Origin: Chlamydiota bacterium | GTDB taxonomy: Bacteria; Auribacterota; Tritonobacteria; UBA1439 | DNA: 64,000 bases | Direction of reading: 5' to 3' | Assembly (NCBI GenBank): GCA_012729785.1 | Contig: JAAYCL010000014.1 | Location: 25,964 to 89,963 of the forward strand | Shown here: positions 26,813 through 36,059 of the stretch, piece by piece | How the letters are laid out: every line of letters begins with the position of its first letter | Position numbering within the stretch: the first letter of the stretch is position 1 | The notes under the pieces: generated by a model | Told to the model about the DNA's origin: nothing | Database searches by the model: none | Seen by the model: only the letters and a program-made list of their open reading frames with translations | Made by a program: the position numbers and the translations under genes

Positions 26813-27880
26813 ATGAGAGTCAAAACCATCGCGTGGAAGAACGGGGCGATGCGCATCGTGGACCAGACAAAGCTTCCCGGGAAGCTCGTCTACAAGGAGT
26901 GCCGGACGCCCGGCGAGGCGTGGGACGCCATCAAGCGGCTCGAGGTGCGCGGCGCCCCCGCCATCGGGATCGCGGGGGCGATGGGCGCGCTGCTCGGGAT
27001 CCGGAATTCCCGCGCGCGGACCTTCGACCGGTTCTTCGCGGAGCTCCGGAAGGTCGCCGACTACCTCGGCTCCTCGCGTCCCACGGCGGTGAACCTGTTC
27101 TGGGCCCTGCGGAGGATGACGGAGACCGCCGCCCGGCACCGCACCGACGACATCCCCGCCCTCAAGAGGATCCTCGAACGGGAGGCGCTCGCCATCCTCG
27201 ATGAGGACAACGACATCTGCCGCCGCATCGGGGCGCACGGCGCGGCCCTTCTCGCGCACGGGACTCGAATCCTGACGCACTGCAACGCCGGGGGCCTCGC
27301 CACGGCGGAGTACGGGACCGCCCTCGCCGTGCTCTTCGCCGCCCACGAAGCCGGGAAGCGGATCAGCGTCTTCGCCGACGAGACGCGGCCGCTCCTCCAG
27401 GGGGCGCGGCTGACCGCGTGGGAGCTGATGCGCGCGGGCATCGACGTGACGCTCATCTGCGACAGCATGGCCGCCCGGCTGATGTTCGAGCGGCGGGTGG
27501 ATATCGTCATCACCGGCGCCGACCGGATCGCCGCCAACGGGGACACCGCGAACAAGATCGGCACCTACGGCCTCGCGCGGCTCGCCGAGGCCCACGGCAT
27601 CCCGTTCTACATCGCCGCGCCGCTCTCCACCGTGGACCTCGATCTCCGCACCGGGAAGGGGATCCCGATCGAGCAGCGCGACCCTGACGAGGTGCGGACG
27701 ATCGGCGGGACGCGCATCGCCCCGGCGAGGGTGAAGGTCTACAACCCCGCCTTCGACGTGACCCCCGCCCGCTTCATTGCGGGGATCATCACGGAGACCG
27801 GCGTCGTCGGCCCCCCGTACCGGGCGAACCTGCGCGCGGCGTTCAGGAAGGCGGGGGTGAAACCGAGGCCGCGGCGGTGA
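26813..27880 (+). CDS. mtnA: S-methyl-5-thioribose-1-phosphate isomerase (eIF2B-like family)
   Basis: MRVKTIAWKNGAMRIVDQTKLP...CNAGGLAT...GADRIAANGDTANKIGTY. Only the C-terminal 355 aa of the 820-aa track ORF is real. Confidence 0.85.
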   Translation: MRVKTIAWKNGAMRIVDQTKLPGKLVYKECRTPGEAWDAIKRLEVRGAPAIGIAGAMGALLGIRNSRARTFDRFFAELRKVADYLGSSRPTAVNLFWALRRMTETAARHRTDDIPALKRILEREALAILDEDNDICRRIGAHGAALLAHGTRILTHCNAGGLATAEYGTALAVLFAAHEAGKRISVFADETRPLLQGARLTAWELMRAGIDVTLICDSMAARLMFERRVDIVITGADRIAANGDTANKIGTYGLARLAEAHGIPFYIAAPLSTVDLDLRTGKGIPIEQRDPDEVRTIGGTRIAPARVKVYNPAFDVTPARFIAGIITETGVVGPPYRANLRAAFRKAGVKPRPRR

Positions 27881-27896
27881 GGGGCGGGAGGCGCGC

Positions 27897-28844
27897 GTGG
27901 AACGGACGCTCGGCGACATCGGCGAGTTCGCCCTCATACGGGAGCTGAGGGGGCGGCTGTCCGCGGGGCCGGGGACGCTCGTCGGCATCGGGGACGATGC
28001 GGCCGTGCTCGAGCCGCCCGCCCCGGGGCGCGTCCTGCTCTTCACGACGGATATGCTCGTCGAGGGGACGCACTTCGACCTCGCCGCCGCCTCCCCGTAC
28101 CGGATCGGGTGGAAGGCGCTCGCCTGCAGTCTGAGCGACATCGCCGCGATGGGCGGCGTGCCGCGCGCCGCGGTCGTGTCGCTTGGCGCCCCCGGGGGGC
28201 TCGGCGTCGACTTCTGCCGCGAGCTGTACCGGGGTATGGACGAGGCCGCCCGGCGGTTCGACTGCGGGATCGCGGGGGGGGACACCGTCGGGAGCAGTCG
28301 CGGGCTCGCCGTGTCGGTGGCGATGCTCGGGGATGTGGAGCGGGAGCGGCTCGTCTTGCGCTCCGGCGCCCGCACCGGCGACGGCCTCTGGGTGACCGGG
28401 TGGCTGGGGGGATCGCTCGCGGGCAAACACCTCGCCTTCACGCCGCGGGTGCACGAGGCCCGTTTCCTCGTCGAGCGCTTCCCGGTAACGGCGATGATGG
28501 ATCTGAGCGACGGGCTCGGGAGCGACCTGTTCAGGATGGCGGAGGCGAGCGAGGCGGGGTTCCGGCTGTGCGCCGGCCGGATACCTGTCGACAGGGCGGC
28601 GATCGGGGATGCGGACGAGGAGACGCTCCTCCGGAGGGCGCTCTACGACGGGGAGGATTTCGAGCTGCTCGCGGCGGTGGCCCCCTCCGTCGACGACGCC
28701 GTCGTGAAGGAGGCGTTCGACGCGCGTTTCGACTGCGGGATCCGGCGGATCGGGACGGTGATGGGAAAGGCGCACGGCATCACGCTCTCGACGCCGGAGG
28801 GGGAGAGGCCCCTCATCGAGGGGGGGTTTGCACACCTCGCGTAG
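27897..28844 (+). CDS. thiL: thiamine-monophosphate kinase
   Basis: GTG start. AIR-synthase-related fold with DDAAVL...TTDMLVEGTHF motifs. Confidence 0.85.
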   Translation: MERTLGDIGEFALIRELRGRLSAGPGTLVGIGDDAAVLEPPAPGRVLLFTTDMLVEGTHFDLAAASPYRIGWKALACSLSDIAAMGGVPRAAVVSLGAPGGLGVDFCRELYRGMDEAARRFDCGIAGGDTVGSSRGLAVSVAMLGDVERERLVLRSGARTGDGLWVTGWLGGSLAGKHLAFTPRVHEARFLVERFPVTAMMDLSDGLGSDLFRMAEASEAGFRLCAGRIPVDRAAIGDADEETLLRRALYDGEDFELLAAVAPSVDDAVVKEAFDARFDCGIRRIGTVMGKAHGITLSTPEGERPLIEGGFAHLA

Positions 28845-28951
28845 ACGTTGTATATAACTCACGCCGCCGCAACGAGTTAATACTTTAATCGTCCCCGGTA
28901 CGTTTAAAGTTGTAATTCGTTCTCTGGGAGTATGATGGATACAACGTCTAC
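28840..28951. repeat. copy B of the repeated AT-rich element, bounded by perfect 13-bp inverted repeats GTAGACGTTGTAT / ATACAACGTCTAC (MITE-like)
   Basis: Left IR contains the thiL stop codon and right IR lies in tsaE codons 3-7. Interior is about 40% GC and homologous to 20468..20530. Confidence 0.6.
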
Positions 28952-29402
28952 CTTATTTATCTCTTCGGGACCTGAAGAGACGCGGCGCATCGGGGCGCGC
29001 ATCGGCGCGCGCCTGAAGCCCGGCGCGGTGCTCGCGCTCCGCGGCGAACTCGGGGCGGGGAAGACCTGCTTCGTCCAGGGGCTCGCGGAGGGGCTCGGGA
29101 TCGTCCCGCCCGCGCGCGTGAGCAGCCCGTCGTTCGTCATCATCAACGAGTACCCGGCGCGCATCCCGCTCTTCCATTTCGACCTGTACCGCCTCCCCGA
29201 CGGGACTGAACTGGTCGAGCTGGGCTGGGAGGACTACCTCGAGCGCGGGGGGGTGATCGCGATCGAGTGGGCGGAGCGGATGGCGGCGCTTCTCCCGGAG
29301 GACCGCATCGATATCGAGATCGAGGTCACCGGCGAGAAGAGTCGCCGGATCACCGTGCGGGGGGCGCAGGCGGAAAGACTGGCCGCGGATGGAGGCGGCT
29401 GA
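28932..29402 (+). CDS. tsaE: tRNA t6A biosynthesis ATPase TsaE
   Basis: GELGAGKT P-loop, SPSF, HFDLYRL motifs. Confidence 0.85.
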   Translation: MMDTTSTLFISSGPEETRRIGARIGARLKPGAVLALRGELGAGKTCFVQGLAEGLGIVPPARVSSPSFVIINEYPARIPLFHFDLYRLPDGTELVELGWEDYLERGGVIAIEWAERMAALLPEDRIDIEIEVTGEKSRRITVRGAQAERLAADGGG

Positions 29403-29503
29403 AGAGGGATCGCGCCGCGAAGGGAACGGGAAACCGCTGGACGCGGATGCGCGCGGCGTGAACGGCTGTTCTTCTCCGTCTTTTCTGTGGAGGCGATGAA
29501 CGC

Positions 29504-30262
29504 ATGAATATCCTCGGGCTCGAGGCATCCACGCGCAGGGCGAGCATCGCCGTCGTCCGGAGCGGGGGGGCGCCGGCGGAGACGGTGCTCCCGGACGACC
29601 GGAGCGCCTCCGCGCAGCTCGTCCCGGCGCTCGACGGGCTGTTGAAGAAGTGCGGGCTGGCGGCGGGCGACCTCGACGGCATCGCCGTCGGGATCGGACC
29701 GGGTTCGTTCACCGGGATCAGGATCTGCCTCGCGACCGCACGCGGGTTCTCCGCCGCCCGCGGGACGCCGATCAGGGGCGTCTGCGGTTTCGACGCGCTC
29801 GTCGCCGAATATTTCGAACCGGCCGGCGCGAGGGAAGACGGGATCCCGTCTCCGCCCTTCTCCCCCGGAGGGGGAGGGGCGGGGAGCGAGAGGGGGGCGG
29901 AGCGCCTGTGCGTCGTCGCCGACGCGCACAGTCACGGGCTCTACGCGGCGGTCTACGCGCGGGACGGCGGAAAGTACCGGCGCGCGCAGGAGCCGTTCGT
30001 CTGCCGGCCCGACGCCCTCCCCGGGAGGATCGAGGGGGAGGTCTTCTTCCTCGGGCCGCACCTCGACAGGTTCAGGGAACCCCTCGCGAAACTCTTCGCC
30101 GGGCGTGCCTCGTTCGATACAGAGAACCGCTTCCCGTCCGCGACGGCCGCCGCGCTCCTGTTCGAGAGCCCCTCGGCCGTCCGCGACGATCCCCCCGGCG
30201 CGGTCGCCCCGCTCTATCTTCTCCCGGGCGTCCGCGTGAAACCGGCCGGCGGCAGGGCGTAA
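29504..30262 (+). CDS. tsaB: tRNA t6A biosynthesis protein TsaB
   Basis: MNILGLEAS...IGPGSFTGIRI is an inactive Kae1/YeaZ fold. Confidence 0.8.
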   Translation: MNILGLEASTRRASIAVVRSGGAPAETVLPDDRSASAQLVPALDGLLKKCGLAAGDLDGIAVGIGPGSFTGIRICLATARGFSAARGTPIRGVCGFDALVAEYFEPAGAREDGIPSPPFSPGGGGAGSERGAERLCVVADAHSHGLYAAVYARDGGKYRRAQEPFVCRPDALPGRIEGEVFFLGPHLDRFREPLAKLFAGRASFDTENRFPSATAAALLFESPSAVRDDPPGAVAPLYLLPGVRVKPAGGRA

Positions 30263-30392
30263 CGCGCGAAGCTGCGGTGCGGGCATCCGAACGGCATCGA
30301 CCGCGGCGGCAATCCAGGGTCAGGCCTTTACTCTTTACAGAGCATTCAACCGGCAAGACCCGACTGGTCGGACACAAGCGGCCGGGAAGGGA

Positions 30393-30469
30393 TGGTGGGC
30401 GATGCAGGACTTGAACCTGCGACCTCTTGGGTGTGATCCAAGCGCTCTAGCCAGCTGAGCTAATCGCCC
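30393..30469 (-). tRNA. tRNA-Val (anticodon CAC)
   Basis: Reverse complement GGGCGATTAGCTCAGCTGGCTAGAGCGCTTGGATCACACCCAAGAGGTCGCAGGTTCAAGTCCTGCATCGCCCACCA folds as a cloverleaf with 7/4/5/5-bp stems, U33, A37 and an encoded CCA. Confidence 0.85.
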
Positions 30470-30565
30470 CCCGAGGATGTCCTCAGTATACCAGTTCCAT
30501 CCCGCCTGTAAACCATCTTCCGCCCCGTCCTGGATTTCGCTATACTGTGATAAAGGGGATACCCA

Positions 30566-31348
30566 ATGCACCAGCTTCAACGCGATATCGCGCGGCTCCT
30601 CGTTGTGCAGGAGCGGGAGCGCGAGCTTATGGCCCTCGAGAAGGAGAAGGCGGCGCTCCCGGAAGCGCTCGAGGGAGCGAAGGCGGCCGTCAAAGAGGCG
30701 GAGGGGGAGGTCGAGCGGCGCAAGGGCGAGCTCAAGGCTCTCCAGATGAAGAAGAAGGAGCTCGAACTCGAGTCCTCGGCGAAGCTCGAGGCGGTCGCCA
30801 AGTACCAGAAGCAGCAGTTCGACGTCAAGACCAACGCGGAATACCAGGCGCTCCAGAAGGAGATCGTCAACCGCCAGATCGAGAACTCCCGGATCGAGGA
30901 CAGGATCCTCGAGACGATGCTGGAGATCGAGGAGCGCGAGGGGACGATACGGGCGGGCGAAGAGGACGTGAAGGCCAGGGGGCACGATCTTGCCGCGCAG
31001 GAGAGGAACACCGCGGAGAAGGGGACGCGGATCGAGGCGAGGATCGCCGCGCTCAAGGCCGAGCGAGACGCCCTCCTCCCCGGGATAGACGAGGCCGTGC
31101 TCCGCAGGTACCAGCGGATCTTTCGGAACAAGAGGGACATGGCGGTCGTGCCGCTCGCCGGCTACGTCTGCGGCGGGTGCCATATGCACCTGCCTCCGCA
31201 GATCGCGCACCTCGTGCGCAAGGGCGACGAGCTGGTGATCTGCGAGAGCTGCTCGCGAATCCTCTACTGGGCGGAAGGGCTCGTGGACAAGGAGCCCGCC
31301 GCCGGACCGTCCCCGGAACCGGCGCCGGGGATCGTCGGGCAGGCATAG
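30566..31348 (+). CDS. zinc-ribbon/coiled-coil protein (COG1579, DUF164-like)
   Basis: Long coiled-coil region, then a C-terminal CGGC...C..C zinc ribbon. Confidence 0.75.
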   Translation: MHQLQRDIARLLVVQERERELMALEKEKAALPEALEGAKAAVKEAEGEVERRKGELKALQMKKKELELESSAKLEAVAKYQKQQFDVKTNAEYQALQKEIVNRQIENSRIEDRILETMLEIEEREGTIRAGEEDVKARGHDLAAQERNTAEKGTRIEARIAALKAERDALLPGIDEAVLRRYQRIFRNKRDMAVVPLAGYVCGGCHMHLPPQIAHLVRKGDELVICESCSRILYWAEGLVDKEPAAGPSPEPAPGIVGQA

Positions 31349-31480
31349 GCGACGGCTTCCGCGGGATAGGTGCATGCCGCGGAGCGGGGGCGGCCCTGAT
31401 TCTCGAGGGGGAACGGCCGGCGGGGGTTCCCTCGGCGCCCCGGACCTTTCCGCATCGATCTTTCAGCTCTTTCTCACTGT

Positions 31481-31895
31481 TCAGGGCGGGCCGGGCGGCC
31501 GCGCCGGGCGCGAAAGCGCCCGGCGAGGAAAGTCCGGACACCACAGGGCGGCGCACCTCGATAACATCGGGGCGGTCGGGGACCCGCAAGGGCCTCCGGC
31601 AAGGACCAGTGCCACAGAGACGCCCTGCCATCGGGCAGGGCGCCCCGCCTTCATGGCGGGGCGAGTCCTCCGGCAACGGAGGGGTGAAACGAGGCAAACT
31701 CTGCGCGGTGCAAGGCCAAATAGGGGGCGAGGAGCTGCCCGCTCCGATCCCGCAAGGGGACAGCCCCGGGTAGGCCGCTTGAGCCGCGGAGCAATCCGCG
31801 GCCCAGAGGAATGGCCGCCGTCCGGTGCGCAAGTGCGGGTGCATTCCCCACTCGGGCACAGGGATACAGAATCCGGCTTATAGGCCCGCCCTGAC
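31481..31895 (+). ncRNA. rnpB: RNase P RNA, bacterial type A
   Basis: P1 pairing CAGGGCGGGC/GCCCGCCCTG; P3 hairpin; P4 strands GAGGAAAGTCCGGAC and ACAGAATCCGGCTTATAGG; GGGTGAAACGAGGCAAAC...GTGCAAG loop region. Confidence 0.85.
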
Positions 31896-32324
31896 AGTGC
31901 TTGAATTTCCGTATCCGCGCGGCCGTCCGGCGCGCGGCGGCGTGGATCGGGATGGACAGGAACCGGGCGAACGGCCTGTGCATCCGGATCGGATGGGCAC
32001 TGCCCCCGCGGTGCGTATCCGTTCGACGAGGCGGGGCGCGTGAGCCCGCTCGCCGGCGCCCCGTTCGCCGGCTCGAGCTGATGCGCGGGGGCGCGGCGTC
32101 ATCCGCCTCGTTCCGCACGCGCGGTGCATCGCCCTCCTCACTGAAACGATCGACGCCGCACCCGCACCCCGCGGGGGGCGCAGGCGTCGCGCGACATATT
32201 CCTCCTCCCCGAGCGCCGGCGGGAGCCGCAGCGTGCCGGTTTCGCGCCACTTTTTCCTGCCTCGAAATCAAGCGGGTGCGGTAGAATACCGCGGGATGCG
32301 GGACGAACGACAGGGGGGATCGGC

Positions 32325-32642
32325 ATGAAGCGTCTGTTGTGCGCGGCGTTTCTGTCGCTGCTGTGCGGCTGTTCGGCCGTCGGCTGGCGGGCCGGCGACC
32401 AAGGGGCGGCGCCGTGCATCGCGCAGCCGGAGGCGGTCGCCCTGGCCAAACGGGAGATACGGAAGCGAAACGCGGATGCGTGGGGGATACGCTCCCAGGC
32501 GGAGTTCCGGGACGGCAGGTGGACCGTCACGTCGCGGTTCACCGTACCGGCGGACCTGCTCGGGCTGTTCCAGGAGGAGCGGCGGTGCGCCGTCGTCGTG
32601 GACTGCGACGGCAGGGTTCTCTCGCACCGCTCCCTTCCGTAG
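32325..32642 (+). CDS. small lipoprotein
   Basis: MKRLLCAAFLSLLCGC is a lipobox; upstream G-rich RBS. Confidence 0.5.
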   Translation: MKRLLCAAFLSLLCGCSAVGWRAGDQGAAPCIAQPEAVALAKREIRKRNADAWGIRSQAEFRDGRWTVTSRFTVPADLLGLFQEERRCAVVVDCDGRVLSHRSLP

Positions 32643-32681
32643 GCCCGCGGCGCATGTCAGGCATGGGACGGGGGAACGGCG

Positions 32682-33089
32682 ATGCCAGCGAAGAGGATAC
32701 TGGTGGCGGATGACGATGAGGCGGTGCGGGACTATTTCGGCCGTCTCTTTCCCGCGCCGGAGTACGAGCTGCACGGCGCCGCCGGGGGCCTGGAGGCACT
32801 CGAGAGGATCGCGGCGGACGGCTTCGATATGCTGATCCTCGACCTGGTGATGCCCGATATGGACGGGTTGGAGGTGCTCAGGAGGGTGCGCGAGATCCGC
32901 CCGGATATCCTTGTGTTCGTCGTCACCGGCTATCCGTCCGAGGAGACGACGAAGGAAGCGGTCGCCCGCGGGTGCGTGGACTACGTCCACAAGCCGTTCG
33001 ATGCCGAGGAGATCAGGGGCCTGGTGCGCGGCGCGTTCGACGCGCAGGAGTACCGTTTCCGCCACGCGCGTTCGTCCGCGCCGGACTGA
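32682..33089 (+). CDS. single-domain response regulator (CheY-like receiver)
   Basis: ILVADDDEAVRD...LILDLVMPDMDG...K motifs of a REC domain. Confidence 0.85.
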   Translation: MPAKRILVADDDEAVRDYFGRLFPAPEYELHGAAGGLEALERIAADGFDMLILDLVMPDMDGLEVLRRVREIRPDILVFVVTGYPSEETTKEAVARGCVDYVHKPFDAEEIRGLVRGAFDAQEYRFRHARSSAPD

Positions 33090-33196
33090 TCCTTCCTTTT
33101 CCCGGCGATGATTCCGCTTGCAGGCGCGGGGCAAAGGTCATACCATTCCCCCCGTTCAGGATCCCGGACCAGCGCGTTCCGTCATGGAGGAGTGAA

Positions 33197-34198
33197 TTGA
33201 GTCGCACGCCCCGGTTCGTCCCGCGCAACTTCTGCGGCCTCCCCCCGGCGTACTCCTCGTGGGACTCCGCGCGCGCGGTCATCATCCCCGTCCCGTACGA
33301 CCTCACCTCCACGTACGTGTCGGGATCGCGGAGCGGCCCCGACGCGATCATCGGCGCCTCGATGAATATGGAGCATTTCGACGAGGAGCTGCGCGTCGAG
33401 ACGTTCCGCATCGGCATCCACACCCAGGACCGGCTCGAGCCGACCGCCTCCTCCCCGGACGATATGATCGCTGCGGTGGAGCGCGCCGTGGGGAGGGTCG
33501 CGGCCGCGGGGAAGCTCCCGGTGACGCTCGGCGGCGAACATTCGATCACCACCGGGGCGCTCCGCGCGCTGAAGCGGCGGCACCGGAAACTCTCGATCCT
33601 CCAGCTCGACGCGCACGCCGACCTCCGCGACGCGTACCAGGGCACGCGCCAGAGCCACGCCTGCGCGGGCAGGAGGGCCGCGGAGATGGGAACGCTGGTT
33701 CAGGCGGGGATACGGAGCCTGAGCGCCGAGGAGGAGCGGTTCCGCCTGGGTTCCGACGTTGCCACCTTCTTCGCGGCGGATATCGCCGAGGGGCGCGTCT
33801 CCGCGCAGGAGATCGTCGCGGGGCTGGGGGAGGAGCTGTACATCACCGTCGACCTCGATGCGCTCGACCCGTCCGTCATGCCCGCCACGGGCACGCCGGA
33901 GCCGGGCGGGCTCGGCTGGTACCAGCTGCTGGGGATCCTCAGGGCGGCCTGCGCGGGACGGCGCGTCGTCGGCTTCGACGTGGTGGAACTCTGCCCCATC
34001 CCGGGCAATGTGGCGCCCGATTTCCTCGCCGCCAAGCTCGTCTACCGGATGCTGGGGTACGTCTTTGCCGACCTGCTGGGAAGGGGTGGGAGCGCGCGGA
34101 GGACGCGGAAAACACCGGATGCGGGGCACACGCGCGCACCGGGGGAGACGAAAGGCGGGGGGCGGCATCTCCGGCGGCGCCGCTCCGACGGCGCATGA
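33197..34198 (+). CDS. speB: agmatinase / ureohydrolase family
   Basis: TTG start 6 nt after GGAGG. Arginase-fold motifs GGEHSIT, DAHADL, DLDALDP. Confidence 0.75.
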   Translation: MSRTPRFVPRNFCGLPPAYSSWDSARAVIIPVPYDLTSTYVSGSRSGPDAIIGASMNMEHFDEELRVETFRIGIHTQDRLEPTASSPDDMIAAVERAVGRVAAAGKLPVTLGGEHSITTGALRALKRRHRKLSILQLDAHADLRDAYQGTRQSHACAGRRAAEMGTLVQAGIRSLSAEEERFRLGSDVATFFAADIAEGRVSAQEIVAGLGEELYITVDLDALDPSVMPATGTPEPGGLGWYQLLGILRAACAGRRVVGFDVVELCPIPGNVAPDFLAAKLVYRMLGYVFADLLGRGGSARRTRKTPDAGHTRAPGETKGGGRHLRRRRSDGA

Positions 34199-34264
34199 AC
34201 GCCGTTTCGCCCCGAACACGCGCTTTGCGTGGCAGCTGTATGGCGGCGAACGCGAAAGGGAGGG

Positions 34265-34816
34265 ATGATTATGCTGTTCGTGCCCAAGCGTGTCTTCTTC
34301 ACTAACGGGGTCGGGACGCACAAGAGGGAGCTGCGCTCGTTCGAGTTGGCGCTACGCGACGCCGGGATCGAGCGGTGCAACCTCGTGACCGTCTCGAGCA
34401 TCCTTCCGCCCGACTGCAAGATCATCTCGCGGGCGCGCGGCCTCAAGGAGCTCGTCCCCGGGATGATCACCTTCACCGTTTTGGCGCGCTGCTCGTCGAA
34501 CGAGCCCCACCGCCTCCTTTCGGCGAGCGTCGGCTGCGCGGTCCCGTCGAAGGGGTTCTACGGCTACCTGAGCGAGTATCACACCTTCGGGGAGAATGAG
34601 AAACAGGCCGGGGACAACGCGGAGGATATGGCTGCGGCGATGCTCGCGAGCACGCTCGGCATCGACTTCGACGAGGACAGGAGCTGGGACGAGCAGAAGT
34701 CCGTCTACCGGATCCAGAACAAGGTGGTGCGCGCGATGAACGTCACGCAGTCCGCGGTCGTCACCCCGTCGGGCAACTACACCACCGTGCTCGCCGCCGC
34801 CGTGTTCCTGTTCTGA
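34265..34816 (+). CDS. pdaD: pyruvoyl-dependent arginine decarboxylase
   Basis: MIMLFVPKRVFFTNGVGTH... is a PdaD N-terminal signature. Confidence 0.75.
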   Translation: MIMLFVPKRVFFTNGVGTHKRELRSFELALRDAGIERCNLVTVSSILPPDCKIISRARGLKELVPGMITFTVLARCSSNEPHRLLSASVGCAVPSKGFYGYLSEYHTFGENEKQAGDNAEDMAAAMLASTLGIDFDEDRSWDEQKSVYRIQNKVVRAMNVTQSAVVTPSGNYTTVLAAAVFLF

Positions 34817-34842
34817 CCTCGGCATCGAGGAGGCGCCGCGCC

Positions 34843-35262
34843 GTGTCCCTCTTTCCCGTCTCGCCGGGGAAGGAGCGCGCCCTCTCCGCCCTGATGCGCC
34901 GTCTCGGCATCCGGGAGGAGGACCTCGAGGAGGAGTTCATCCGCTCCTCCGGCCCCGGGGGGCAGCGCCTCAACAAGGCCTCGACCTGCGTCCGGCTGCT
35001 CCACCGCCCCAGCGGCGTCTCCGTGAAGTGCTCCGAGGAGCGCTCGCGTTCCCTCAACCGCTACCTCGCCAGGAAGCGCCTCGCCGCGCGCATCGAGAAG
35101 ATCCGCCTGGGGCGCGCGAGCGCCGCGGAGCAGGAGCGGCAGCGGCAGCGGCGCCGGAAGCGTCGGCGGTCGCGCCGGGCGAAGGCGCGGATGCTGGAGG
35201 AGAAGCGCAAACACGCGGAGAAGAAGGCGCTGCGGAGACCCGCCGGGTACGCCGACGCGTGA
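34843..35262 (+). CDS. arfB: alternative ribosome-rescue factor ArfB (peptidyl-tRNA hydrolase, RF-like)
   Basis: GGQ motif SGPGGQRLNK plus a C-terminal Arg/Lys-rich tail. Confidence 0.8.
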   Translation: MSLFPVSPGKERALSALMRRLGIREEDLEEEFIRSSGPGGQRLNKASTCVRLLHRPSGVSVKCSEERSRSLNRYLARKRLAARIEKIRLGRASAAEQERQRQRRRKRRRSRRAKARMLEEKRKHAEKKALRRPAGYADA

Positions 35263-35288
35263 CGGCCGCCTTTCGGCGGCCGCGCCGT

Positions 35289-35966
35289 TCAGCCGATCGA
35301 GAACCCCTCCCTCTCCAGTCTCCTCCGCGTCGCGGGCAGCGAATGCAGCGCGGAGAGGAGGAGGGCGTAGAGTCCCGCCAGGGCGATCCAGAACAGCCAC
35401 CCCGGAACCGTGGAAAAGCCCGACTGCTCCCAGAGTTGGCGAAGCGTGCCCACGGGGGCGGGGTAGGTGGCGACGCGCGCTACCCAGGCGAGCGTGAGGA
35501 TGAGGAAGATCCAGATGTAGGTCCTGCGGAGGCGCAGCGTCAGGGCGCCGCGGAAAGCCAGGGGACGGTGGGGGCGGAGGAGGTCCTCGGCGAGGCGCAC
35601 CCGCCACTCGCCGCGCTGGGCGGCCGCATTCCCGAGGAGGACCTTGGCGTAATACTCCTTCTCGATGAGACGCACGCGCCAGTCGATCGAGAGGTAGTAG
35701 CTGTAACGGCGCGCCTCGATCATCAAGAACATCAGGATGAAGAAATGGGCGACGAAGAGGATCATGTGGCGGTTGCCGCCGCCCACGATGCCGAAGCTCA
35801 ACATCCCCGCGGTGGCGGCGACCGCCCAGTCGGTGGTGTTGTCCACGATGTTCCGCCATGCGTTCGAGCGGGTCACCGTGGCGCGGTAGTAGTGCACGAC
35901 GGCGCCGGTCTGCAGCATCTGTTCGGGGTGGTCGAGGATATCAAGCGGTGCGGCGGCCGGATCCAT
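35289..35966 (-). CDS. integral membrane protein, DUF2270-like
   Basis: Several TM helices; start moved to the internal ATG (MDPAAAPLDIL). Confidence 0.55.
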   Translation of the reverse strand: MDPAAAPLDILDHPEQMLQTGAVVHYYRATVTRSNAWRNIVDNTTDWAVAATAGMLSFGIVGGGNRHMILFVAHFFILMFLMIEARRYSYYLSIDWRVRLIEKEYYAKVLLGNAAAQRGEWRVRLAEDLLRPHRPLAFRGALTLRLRRTYIWIFLILTLAWVARVATYPAPVGTLRQLWEQSGFSTVPGWLFWIALAGLYALLLSALHSLPATRRRLEREGFSIG

Positions 35967-36059
35967 CCCTGCGGATCCTCCCATCCGGGGGGGCCGGCGG
36001 AACGCGGCGCCCCGTGAAAGATCCCCCTCCCCCGCGGACGGGGGAGGGGGCGAGCGCGG

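Noticed and set aside
25418-27880. 820-aa plus-strand ORF
   Set aside because: Only the C-terminal 355 aa (mtnA) are real; the N-terminal 465 aa read through the repeat region and the CPBP gene in another frame.
31895-32325. Possible gene or RNA in the 430-nt gap after rnpB
   Set aside because: Only Arg-rich ORFs on either strand and no recognisable RNA motif; left unannotated.
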